A stretch of DNA of 32,000 nucleotides from Pyrodictium delaneyi (lineage in GTDB: Archaea > Thermoproteota > Thermoprotei_A > Sulfolobales > Pyrodictiaceae), in NCBI RefSeq assembly GCF_001412615.1, contig NZ_CP013011.1, positions 1,650,001 through 1,682,000 of the forward strand, in the 5' to 3' direction. Numbering within the stretch: the stretch's first letter is position 1; every line of letters begins with the position of its first letter. Below, piece after piece: positions 17,578 to 25,908 of this stretch. A program made the translations under genes and the position numbers. The notes beneath the pieces were generated by a model that saw only the letters and a list, made by a program, of their open reading frames with translations, ran no database searches and was not told the DNA's origin.

Positions 17578-17619
17578 ATAACCTAGCGGGTAGCTAGCTC
17601 GTAGGAGGTAGCAAGCAGT

Positions 17620-20600
17620 ATGACATGGACGCTGCTAAGGCCAGTATACCATGGAGCGTGCCCTAACTGTGGAGGTCCGGCAGCCGCTGATAGGTTATCC
17701 CGTGGTCTCCCATGCTCCCAGTGTATAAGCGATGACGAGCTCTCTGGTCTACCAAGCAGCTACTATGAGCTCGTAGAGTTCATAGGTAGAAAGCTCAGTG
17801 AGAAAAATAGGTTAAGAGGATATTGGTACTTGTACAGCTCTGTAGCGACTCTAAAAGAGTTTGAATCATTCTTCCAGAAAGCGACCGGAAGCAGTCTATG
17901 GAGTGCGCAACGTACATGGGCTAAGAGGCTTCTACAAGACGAGAGTCTCGCGATTGTTGCACCCACTGGTGTAGGTAAAACCACGTTGCTAAGCACCTAT
18001 GCACTCTATCGTGCAAGTCATGGTGCTCGTGTCTACTATCTCCTCCCAACTGAGAACCTGGCTATGCAGATCGAGAATAAGCTAAAGAGGCTAGCTGCGG
18101 CAAGCGGAGTAGAAGCTAGAATAGTGTCATACTATTCCGGGTTGTCTAAGCAACGGAGAGAAGAGAGCTTATCAGCCATAGAGGCAGGCAACTATGACGT
18201 GTTGGTCACAACTACGGGTTTCCTATCCCGTCGCTGGGACATGCTAGAAAGTACACGTTTTGACGTTGTACTCGTAGATGATGTGGATGCGATACTTAGA
18301 AACTCAAAGAACATCGATAAGTTGTTGATGCTCCTAGGATTTGATGAAGAAGCTATAGCTATAGCATATACACTGCTTAAGAAGAAGATTGCTGCCTCTA
18401 TAGCAAAAGTCTCTGGACACATAAAGCGTTACGAGCAACTCCTACATGAGATAGAAGATCTCGAGACAAAATTATCGCTAAAGCTCCTAGAAAAGACGCC
18501 CGGCCAGCTGGTAATAGCTTCAGCTACTGGCCGGGCCTACGGGCTTAAGCCTAAGTTGTTCCGTGAACTCCTAGGATTCGATATAGGCCGTGTCTACGAC
18601 TACACTAGGAGCATCGCAAACTTCTATCTTGTCGACGGTAACCCTGTAGAAAAGATCGTAGATATCGTACAACGGATGGGACCTGGCGGCCTCGTCTTTG
18701 TAGCTAAAAGATACGGCAAAGATGTCGCTAGGCAGATAGCAGAGAGGCTGAACCAGGCAGGCATAAGGGCTGGCCTAGCTCTTGCAGGCCGTCGCGTACT
18801 CGACCGCTTTGCTATGGGAGAGTATGATATTCTGGTAGGAGTAGCCTCATATTACGGTGTAATAGTACGTGGTATCGATATGCCCCATAGGATACTCTAT
18901 ACACTGTTTGTAGGCGTGCCAAGCCAGGCTATGAGCGCTGATAAAGCGCTACTCTCCCCATTCAGGATAGTAAGGGCAGCAGTAGAACTCGGCATTGAGG
19001 GTAGCGAAGAGCTTGCAAGAAAATTATCCAAGACGAGCCCTGGAGAGCAGACAGCTCTCCGCATAGCGCTCTCTTCGGGTGAGCAGCTAGAAGGAAGGCT
19101 GGCAGAGCTGCTCTCTGAGCTTACAGAAGCTCGTAGGAAGGTACTGCGGAGACTCTACGAAGTGTTAGAACCGGGGTCATCCCTTGTAGTAGGAGGTATA
19201 CTTTACAAGCATGACGGCTCGGAAATCATTGCTATAATGCCGGACGCAGCAACCTATGTGCAGGCTAGTGGACGTGCTAGCAGAATGCTAGGATCAATAA
19301 TGACGCATGGAGTGAGCATAATAATAGAATCTGAAGAGGAGCTAATCAAGCTTCTCAGCCAGAGGCTACGCCGTTACCTAGATAATGTTGAGTTTAACAA
19401 ACTAGACTGGAACCATGTTGAAGAAGAGCTAGAGAAGGCACGCATAAGTAGAAGTAAGCGCGTCGGACGCAAGGTAAACATTGAGACTTGTCTAATAGTT
19501 GTGGAGTCACCTACCAAGGCTAAGACTATAGCAAGCTTCTTTGGAAAGCCTGTGAGAAGACGCATAGGCTCTATAATAGTATATGAGACGACATTCTTCA
19601 ATCATCTCTCAGGAAAGATACACGTGGCTACCATAACAGCCTCTGCAGGACACTTGTACGACCTATCCATAGATGGAGAAGGTATACATGGCGTAGAGGT
19701 GGTTGACGGGGAAGTACGGCCGGTATACAAGCCTATAAAGCGTTGTCTAAGCTGTGGCCACCAGTTCTCATCCTCGAGTAGCATGTGTCCACGCTGTGGC
19801 TCGTCAAACATAGTAAGCAAACATGACATTGTAGAGGCGCTACGCCAGCTAGCAAGTGAGGCAGAGGTAGTATACATAGCTACAGACCCCGATGTAGAGG
19901 GAGAAAAGATAGCATATGACATCAAACTATTCCTACAACCGTATGCGCGTGGTATAAAGAGAATAGAGTTGCACGAGATAACCAGAAGCGAACTAATGCG
20001 AGCACTAGCTTCGCCTCGTGACATTGACATACGGCTTGCCTATGCACAGATAGTTAGAAGGATAGAGGATAGATGGATTGGCTTCGGCCTGAGTCAGCAC
20101 CTATGGAGAGTATTCGGTAAGCACTGGCTAGGTGCTGGTAGAGTACAGACACCAGTACTAGGCTGGATTATAAAGCGCTACGAGGAGTGGAGGGCAAACA
20201 TAGGGTACAATGTCTACGTAAAGATATCAGAAGGACCCCTGCTAAAACTCCATTACGAGGATTCATCTCTTGCACGCAGTATTGCCAGAGAGATAGAGAC
20301 GTATGGACTAAAGATAATAGATGTCGAGGAGACGGTAACCGAGATCAGCCCGCCGCCTCCTTACACGACAGAATCCCTAATCTACGACGCGTCGCGCCTA
20401 ATGGGCTACTCGGCCCAGAAGACGATGAGGATAGCACAAGAACTCTTTGAGGCTGGTCTTATAACCTACCATAGGACTGACTCTACCCACGTATCGGGGC
20501 TTGGGCAGAGCATAGCAAGAGAGTACCTAGCCAGCAAAGAGAATCTCAACGACTTCCAGCCCCGCAGCTGGGGGCCACAGGGACACCACGAGGCAATTAG

Positions 20601-21309
20601 ACCGACAAAACCCATTGATGGCGAGACGCTCCGGAAGTTGATAGCTCTTGGTGAGCTGCGAGTCCCAATAACGATGCGTGAGAGCCACTACCGGCTCTAC
20701 GACCTTATCTTTCGCAGGTTCATAGCAAGTCAGGCGCGGCCAGCTAGACTAGTCCGCCGCCGCATAGTGCTGGGCAGTAACGAGTCCAAACTGCTGGCAG
20801 AGCTAGAGGTCTACGTCGCGGCACTAGAGGAGGGGTTCCACCGATACTACCCGATGCCTCGTGTATACCCCGCGTTGGCTGACTTGCGTAGAGGTGACGT
20901 AATAGGAGTTGAGAGAGTAGTCGTGAAACGCGGTTCAACGATATACCTATATAGCCACGGAGATGTAGTATCGCTTATGAAGGAACGTGGGCTTGGTAGG
21001 CCGAGCACATACGCTAAGATAATAGACGCTCTAAACCGTCACGGTTACATAATAGAGAGCAAGTATAGGAAAAGGCTAATACCAACAAAGCTTGGCATAG
21101 AAGTCTATGAATACCTAGAAGCAAACTACAACGAACTAGTATCCGAGGAGCGGACGAGAAAGCTAAACGAAGAGATAGAGGCCATAGCTTCAGGGAGAAT
21201 AAGCCCACTAGCAGTAATCAATGAGTTATACAACGAGTTAGAGCACTTGCTAGAGGAGCCGATAATCCTAAAACCTGTAAAAGAAATGCATGCTGGCCAC
21301 GAAGTCTAG
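17620..21309 (+). CDS. rgy: reverse gyrase
   Basis: 1229 aa with an N-terminal zinc finger (CPNCGG...CSQC). The SF2 helicase-like half carries APTGVGKT and VLVDDVD. The C-terminal type IA topoisomerase half carries a Toprim region (LIVVESPTKAKTIA, DPDVEGEKIA) and the active site ITYHRTDS. GGAGGT lies 10 nt before the ATG. Confidence 0.97.
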   Translation: MTWTLLRPVYHGACPNCGGPAAADRLSRGLPCSQCISDDELSGLPSSYYELVEFIGRKLSEKNRLRGYWYLYSSVATLKEFESFFQKATGSSLWSAQRTWAKRLLQDESLAIVAPTGVGKTTLLSTYALYRASHGARVYYLLPTENLAMQIENKLKRLAAASGVEARIVSYYSGLSKQRREESLSAIEAGNYDVLVTTTGFLSRRWDMLESTRFDVVLVDDVDAILRNSKNIDKLLMLLGFDEEAIAIAYTLLKKKIAASIAKVSGHIKRYEQLLHEIEDLETKLSLKLLEKTPGQLVIASATGRAYGLKPKLFRELLGFDIGRVYDYTRSIANFYLVDGNPVEKIVDIVQRMGPGGLVFVAKRYGKDVARQIAERLNQAGIRAGLALAGRRVLDRFAMGEYDILVGVASYYGVIVRGIDMPHRILYTLFVGVPSQAMSADKALLSPFRIVRAAVELGIEGSEELARKLSKTSPGEQTALRIALSSGEQLEGRLAELLSELTEARRKVLRRLYEVLEPGSSLVVGGILYKHDGSEIIAIMPDAATYVQASGRASRMLGSIMTHGVSIIIESEEELIKLLSQRLRRYLDNVEFNKLDWNHVEEELEKARISRSKRVGRKVNIETCLIVVESPTKAKTIASFFGKPVRRRIGSIIVYETTFFNHLSGKIHVATITASAGHLYDLSIDGEGIHGVEVVDGEVRPVYKPIKRCLSCGHQFSSSSSMCPRCGSSNIVSKHDIVEALRQLASEAEVVYIATDPDVEGEKIAYDIKLFLQPYARGIKRIELHEITRSELMRALASPRDIDIRLAYAQIVRRIEDRWIGFGLSQHLWRVFGKHWLGAGRVQTPVLGWIIKRYEEWRANIGYNVYVKISEGPLLKLHYEDSSLARSIAREIETYGLKIIDVEETVTEISPPPPYTTESLIYDASRLMGYSAQKTMRIAQELFEAGLITYHRTDSTHVSGLGQSIAREYLASKENLNDFQPRSWGPQGHHEAIRPTKPIDGETLRKLIALGELRVPITMRESHYRLYDLIFRRFIASQARPARLVRRRIVLGSNESKLLAELEVYVAALEEGFHRYYPMPRVYPALADLRRGDVIGVERVVVKRGSTIYLYSHGDVVSLMKERGLGRPSTYAKIIDALNRHGYIIESKYRKRLIPTKLGIEVYEYLEANYNELVSEERTRKLNEEIEAIASGRISPLAVINELYNELEHLLEEPIILKPVKEMHAGHEV

Positions 21310-21313
21310 CTTT

Positions 21314-22147
21314 TCAGCTCTTCTTAAACCTCCAGACGGTATCGCTAGGATCCGGTGCTGGTGGCATTCTCCTCTTATGTTCGCTAGCTTTATGCATCAT
21401 GAGAACTCTCTCAACCTTCTCTCGGGGTAGCCCAGTCGCTTCCACAGCTTCATCGATGTTGAGACCTAGGTCGAATAACGCGTAAAGGGCTAGGTCAACC
21501 TCCTCGTAACTCATACCCAGCTCCTTTTCGGCAAGATGGCCAGGCCATAACCTAGGGCTGCTGGGCTTTAGTGCTATATTCTCTGGGATGCCAAGGTGTA
21601 ATGCTAGCCTCCTTACTTGTGTCTTGTAGAGAGAGCCTATTGGCAGAAAGTCAACGGCACCATCACCATACTTGGTAAAGTAGCCTATGAGTATCTCGCT
21701 TCTGTCGCCAGTGCCTGCGACAAGTAAATTATGCATATTTGCATATAGATACAGTAGGGTCATGCGTACGCGTGCCCGAAGATTGCCCAGGCTCCTTCGA
21801 TCAGGCTTGATATTGGCTTCTTCAACATAGCGTTCAATAATAGGTTTAATGTCTATAGTTCTGTGTTCAACGCCAAATATCTCTACAAGTTTCTTTGCAT
21901 CCTCTACATCCTGGATCGGTGTAACATCGCTATCTGGCATTATAAGTGCAAGTACCCGCTCAGGGCCAAGAGCCTTTACCGAGAGAGCGAGCGTAGTCGC
22001 GGAGTCCACGCCTCCGCTAACACCTACAACGACCCCCTTAGCGCCTGCACTTTCAACAATACTCTGTATGAAAGCTGAGAGTGTTTCTGCAACTCCTCTA
22101 TAGTCCAGGTTTACTATGTCTTCTAGAGAAACGCGTCTCCGGGTCAT
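21314..22147 (-). CDS. nadE: NH3-dependent NAD+ synthetase
   Basis: A PP-loop SGGVDS sits in GVVVGVSGGVDSATT, and the overall layout is NadE-like. The maximal ORF starts at GTG 22156 and the first ATG is at 22147. A TATA (GTAAAAAC, complement of 22181-22188) lies about 38 nt upstream. Confidence 0.9.
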   Translation of the reverse strand: MTRRRVSLEDIVNLDYRGVAETLSAFIQSIVESAGAKGVVVGVSGGVDSATTLALSVKALGPERVLALIMPDSDVTPIQDVEDAKKLVEIFGVEHRTIDIKPIIERYVEEANIKPDRRSLGNLRARVRMTLLYLYANMHNLLVAGTGDRSEILIGYFTKYGDGAVDFLPIGSLYKTQVRRLALHLGIPENIALKPSSPRLWPGHLAEKELGMSYEEVDLALYALFDLGLNIDEAVEATGLPREKVERVLMMHKASEHKRRMPPAPDPSDTVWRFKKS

Positions 22148-22232
22148 GTTGTGCACCCGAGCCTACAGTTACAAGCCGATGTTTTGTAGAGTTTTTACGC
22201 AAAACGTCTCGCAAAAAGAAGGTAACAGAGCA

Positions 22233-22267
22233 GATGCTTCTAGAGAGAAAGGGAGTATAGAAGCATC
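22233..22267. repeat. perfect 10-bp inverted repeat GATGCTTCTA-N15-TAGAAGCATC in the nadE/nnr divergent promoter
   Basis: The arms are at 22233-22242 and 22258-22267 and are exact reverse complements. The right arm overlaps the TATA-like GTATAGAA of nnr. Confidence 0.6.
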
Positions 22268-22298
22268 CTGGGAGCCCTTCTGAAGGGTGTCATAGGCA

Positions 22299-23879
22299 TT
22301 GGAGAAGCTTCCACTGCTCGGCCTAGGCGAGGACATAACCTCCATCGATGTCGCTGTAATAGACATGAACTCTGAGGCCCTGGGCGTAAGCCGGCTCCAG
22401 CTAATGGAGAATGCTGGGCGAAGCATAGCAGAGGAAATAGCTAAACGAGTAGACAGGGGAGCGAGGATAGCAATCTTGGCAGGCCCAGGTGGAAATGGTG
22501 GTGATGGACTGGCTGCTGCCAGACACCTCGCCTTCAAGGGATATGTTGTTGACGTAATGTTACTTACTAGACCTGAAGATATTCGGAGCTCCGAAGCCCA
22601 GACAATGTACAAGGCCATAGAGTTTATGGACACCACTATAGAGCTAAGGATAGTCCGCAATCCTGGCACGCTAAACCTTCAAGGATACGATGTCATAGTA
22701 GATGCACTACTAGGCACAGGGCTTAGAGGAGCACCTAGGAGCCCCTACGCCGAAGCAATAGAAGCCATAAACAAGTCGAATGGATTAAAAGTAGCTGTTG
22801 ATGTACCCTCCGGGCTCAATGCAGACACCGGTGAAGCCCCTGGCCCCTGTGTAAAGGCGGACGTAACAGTAACGTTTCACAAGCCTAAGCCAGGCCTGCT
22901 CAGACGCCCAGACATTGTTGGCGAACTGGTAGTAGCAAGCATAGGCGTGCCTCCGGAGGCAGAGATCTACGTAGGTCCAGGAGACGTAGTCTACCGTTTG
23001 CCCCGAAGATCCTGGCGGGTACACAAGGGTCAAGCCGGTAGAGTTCTGGTAATTGGTGGATCTGAGGACTACATAGGTGCACCAATAATATCAGCACTAG
23101 CTGCTCAACGGAGCGGGGTAGACCTGGTATACATAGCAGCACCGCGGAAAGTAATCGATGCGGCGGCTAGATACCCTACACTCATACCAGTAGAGCTAAA
23201 GGATAGTCCATGGCTACATCCAAGCCATGTCGAGAGGATACTCGAAATTGCAAAGCGTGCTGATGCCATAGTGATTGGTATGGGGCTAGGCTTGAAAGAT
23301 GAAGTACAAGAGGCTGTTCATAGTCTCCTTGTGAACATACCCGAGAATAAACCAATAGTTATAGACGCTGACGCATTAAAGATGCTCCGAGACAAAAAAG
23401 AGCTAATCAGAAACAATATGGTACTAACGCCGCACGAAGCGGAATTCAGCACCCTCTTCGGCGTAAGGCCAGCACCAGTAGAAGACCTCCTCAGCAGGGC
23501 TATGACTGCTGCACAACAGGCGCAACAATACAGTAACGTAACTATACTTCTCAAAGGGCCCATAGATGTGATAACTGATGGAAAACGTATACGTTTCAAC
23601 AAGACTGGGGCACCGGCAATGAGTACTGGTGGCACGGGAGATGCGCTCGCAGGAATCACAGCAGCACTACTGGCAAAGGGTGTCAAGCCCTTTGATGCAG
23701 CATGCATAGCCGCATACATTAACGGAGCAGCAGGAGCACTAGCATACAAAGAGTATGGTGAATCAATGACAGCTCTAGACCTCGTGGAAAAGATACATGT
23801 TGTGATCAACGATCCGCTCGGAACAGCTGAAACAGCACTTCTCTACAAAAGACTCCCAATCAAACGCATAGTATCCTAG
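22299..23879 (+). CDS. nnr: bifunctional NAD(P)H-hydrate repair enzyme (NAD(P)HX epimerase / ADP-dependent dehydratase)
   Basis: The N-terminal YjeF_N part carries LMENAGRS and GPGGNGGDG. The C-terminal carbohydrate-kinase part carries HKGQAGRVLVIGGS and GGTGDALAG. The start is TTG 22299, with AGGGTG 9 nt upstream. Confidence 0.9.
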   Translation: MEKLPLLGLGEDITSIDVAVIDMNSEALGVSRLQLMENAGRSIAEEIAKRVDRGARIAILAGPGGNGGDGLAAARHLAFKGYVVDVMLLTRPEDIRSSEAQTMYKAIEFMDTTIELRIVRNPGTLNLQGYDVIVDALLGTGLRGAPRSPYAEAIEAINKSNGLKVAVDVPSGLNADTGEAPGPCVKADVTVTFHKPKPGLLRRPDIVGELVVASIGVPPEAEIYVGPGDVVYRLPRRSWRVHKGQAGRVLVIGGSEDYIGAPIISALAAQRSGVDLVYIAAPRKVIDAAARYPTLIPVELKDSPWLHPSHVERILEIAKRADAIVIGMGLGLKDEVQEAVHSLLVNIPENKPIVIDADALKMLRDKKELIRNNMVLTPHEAEFSTLFGVRPAPVEDLLSRAMTAAQQAQQYSNVTILLKGPIDVITDGKRIRFNKTGAPAMSTGGTGDALAGITAALLAKGVKPFDAACIAAYINGAAGALAYKEYGESMTALDLVEKIHVVINDPLGTAETALLYKRLPIKRIVS

Positions 23880-23926
23880 TAGCGTTCACTCGGCATCAGA
23901 AGTTGACGGTCAGGTAGTTATCCAGC

Positions 23927-24001
23927 GGGCCCCGGGATGGAGGGATTGTAGGCCGCAGCGGCTATAACAACCATAGGCCAGCTACGGCCCTCCCGGGGCC
24001 C
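23927..24001. other. about 75-nt G+C-rich extended hairpin (candidate structured RNA element, function unknown)
   Basis: GGGCCCCGGG (23927-36) pairs perfectly with CCCGGGGCCC (23992-24001). The helix continues with GGCCGCAGC/GCTACGGCC (one mismatch) and GGCTAT/ATAGGCC around a 7-nt loop. It lies in ORF-free DNA. Confidence 0.55.
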
Positions 24002-24190
24002 ATAACCCAGCTAGCATTACACCCCCTTATTTTCCCTCATCTAGGAATCGTGGCGCCAGGCAAACCGTGAATAGGGACTAAGAATGGGGGTCGGCGTGAG
24101 ACTAGGCCAGTCATCCTTTCACCGCGAATACTAGAAGTCCTAGACTGCCCGCCTCTCCATCCCCCAGCAATACCTAGGGTAGCGGGCAGG

Positions 24191-24200
24191 CTTTAAATAG
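24191..24200 (+). promoter_or_regulatory. TATA box (CTTTAAATAG) for tbp
   Basis: It is centred about 40 nt upstream of GTG 24236. AGGGTG (24222-24227) is a plausible SD 8 nt before the start. Confidence 0.5.
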
Positions 24201-24235
24201 GATTTTTTATAGCCGGTTTAAAAGGGTGTGTTAGT

Positions 24236-24835
24236 GTGAGGTCTTCTGCCACTCAGCAGAGACAGGGTGAGGTACCCCAGGAGCCTAAGCCTACAGCAAA
24301 TATCGAGAACATAGTCGCTACCGTGTCTCTTGACCAAACGCTCGATCTAAGAATGATAGAGAGAAGTATACTCACTGTAGAGTATAACCCAGAGCAGTTT
24401 CCCGGCCTTGTCTACCGCCTAGACTCGCCGAAGGTGACGGCACTCATATTCAAGTCTGGGAAGATGGTTGTCACGGGGGCTAAGAGCACCCAAGACCTCA
24501 TAGAAGCCGTAAAGAAGATAGTACGCAGCCTCAAGAAGCATGGTATACAGATATACGGCAGGCCTAAGGTTCAGATACAGAACATAGTAGCATCAGCTAA
24601 CCTCAACGTGTGCGTAGACCTTGAACGTGCAGCGCTCACGCTTGAAAACAGCATGTACGAGCCAGAGCAGTTTCCCGGCCTCATACACCGTATGGACGAG
24701 CCCCGCGTAGTGCTGCTAATATTCAGCTCCGGGAAGATGGTTATAACCGGTGCTAAACGCGAGGAAGAGGTCTACGAAGCAGTCAACAGAATATATGAAA
24801 AGCTGAAGAAGCTAAGAGCCATCCGTCCCTGTTAG
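24236..24835 (+). CDS. tbp: TATA-box binding protein
   Basis: Two direct repeats have the TBP signatures (NIVATVSL...[10 protein letters not shown]...[15 protein letters not shown] and NIVASANL...[10 protein letters not shown]...[15 protein letters not shown]). The start is GTG; there is no in-frame ATG upstream of the conserved core. Confidence 0.95.
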   Translation: MRSSATQQRQGEVPQEPKPTANIENIVATVSLDQTLDLRMIERSILTVEYNPEQFPGLVYRLDSPKVTALIFKSGKMVVTGAKSTQDLIEAVKKIVRSLKKHGIQIYGRPKVQIQNIVASANLNVCVDLERAALTLENSMYEPEQFPGLIHRMDEPRVVLLIFSSGKMVITGAKREEEVYEAVNRIYEKLKKLRAIRPC

Positions 24836-24861
24836 CTGAAGCAGTCAAGAAAAGTCTACAG

Positions 24862-25113
24862 CTAGCCCGTCTCAAGAAGACCCCATTTCAAGGCAAAGCT
24901 GGCTATCTTTCGTGCAACTCTCCGAGAACGTGTCCGTACAGCTATGATATCTCCAAGATCTTCCACTATCACTTCGTCCTTGTGTGCCTCTAGGATAACA
25001 TCAATACTCTTTTCCTGGCTCTTAGTCTTGCTGAGTAGTACGACATAGTATCCCCTAGGATCTGTCCTCTTAAGTATGTCCACTATTATCTTCTGTAGCC
25101 TCTTTTCCGTCAT
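24862..25113 (-). CDS. uncharacterised small protein
   Basis: 83 aa from ATG 25113 (MTEKRLQKIIVDIL...), preceded by GGGTGAT 4 nt upstream. The maximal ORF starts at GTG 25122. The gene overlaps the 3' end of the upstream gene by 44-53 nt. Confidence 0.45.
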   Translation of the reverse strand: MTEKRLQKIIVDILKRTDPRGYYVVLLSKTKSQEKSIDVILEAHKDEVIVEDLGDIIAVRTRSRRVARKIASFALKWGLLETG

Positions 25114-25789
25114 CACTATCACCCACTATGAGTTGTGGCGTGCCGGATAAAATCATGTCCATGTAGAACTTAATAGCAGTAAGTGCCCGCCCTTCTTCAT
25201 ACATATAGTGTGATATAACTTGTTCAATTGAAGCTACGGTTCTTTGCAACTCGCTACTAGGAGTGTTTGAAACGAGCTCGGCTACAGCGAGAAATCTTGC
25301 TACTGCAGCGAATAAGATAGGCTCGACCATGCCAAGTAATCGTTCAAGAGGTTCTCCTCCTAGCTCTAGCCCAGTGCGTAAGAGGCTAGCAACATTGTCC
25401 ACAAGGTTTATCTCGTGCATGGCATACCTGGTCATAATGATTGATAAAGTTGCATAAACCTCTTCTGGAACCTTCTCGAGATGTGCAGACATGGCCTCCA
25501 TAGCTTTATCAAAAACGATTTTGTTAAGCGAGTCCATCTGGCCAAAGAGAAAGACGAGATAAGCTTGGCCTCGTGGTGTATCACAGCCACCATGTGTCTC
25601 GGTGAATTCGATAGCTAGTCTGACGATATCGGTAAGAGACAGTTGTATACTCCCTTGTTCTATATCACGTTTCACGTATCTCGATAGCTCCCTTATGAAG
25701 TCTCTAACTAATGTAGTGCAGTCAACAGCGGTATTGCTGCTCATAGTCGCTGCACCAGCACTGCAGCGGGAGTCAATACAATTGCTCAT
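25070..25789 (-). CDS. uncharacterised, predominantly helical protein
   Basis: 239-aa ORF in which I recognise no motif. ATG 25744 is an alternative start, supported by an adjacent TATA-like TCTATTAT and a GGTG. Confidence 0.55.
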   Translation of the reverse strand: MSNCIDSRCSAGAATMSSNTAVDCTTLVRDFIRELSRYVKRDIEQGSIQLSLTDIVRLAIEFTETHGGCDTPRGQAYLVFLFGQMDSLNKIVFDKAMEAMSAHLEKVPEEVYATLSIIMTRYAMHEINLVDNVASLLRTGLELGGEPLERLLGMVEPILFAAVARFLAVAELVSNTPSSELQRTVASIEQVISHYMYEEGRALTAIKFYMDMILSGTPQLIVGDSDDGKEATEDNSGHT

Positions 25790-25908
25790 AGCATAATAGA
25801 TCTCAGCAACCTACCCTTCGGTCATCGGGCTCCCTCTCTTCATCGGGGTGTATCATCATCCTATAGTACTTGGCTGTAGTTGGAAGATCGTGATGTCTAC
25901 TCTACTTG

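Noticed and set aside
22169-22669. 166-aa minus-strand ORF spanning the nadE/nnr promoter and the nnr 5' end
   Set aside because: It overlaps the conserved YjeF_N domain of nnr in antisense and runs through the divergent promoter. Its composition is Ser/Leu/Ala/Pro-rich.
23880-24190. Assigning the structured spacer to SRP (7S) RNA or RNase P RNA
   Set aside because: A GCCAGGC...GUCGGCG stretch (24054-24096) superficially resembles SRP helix 8 flanks. However, the conserved GGAA tetraloop/AGCA loop motif is absent. The RNase P CR-I sequence GAGGAAAGUCC is absent on both strands. The identity is left open.
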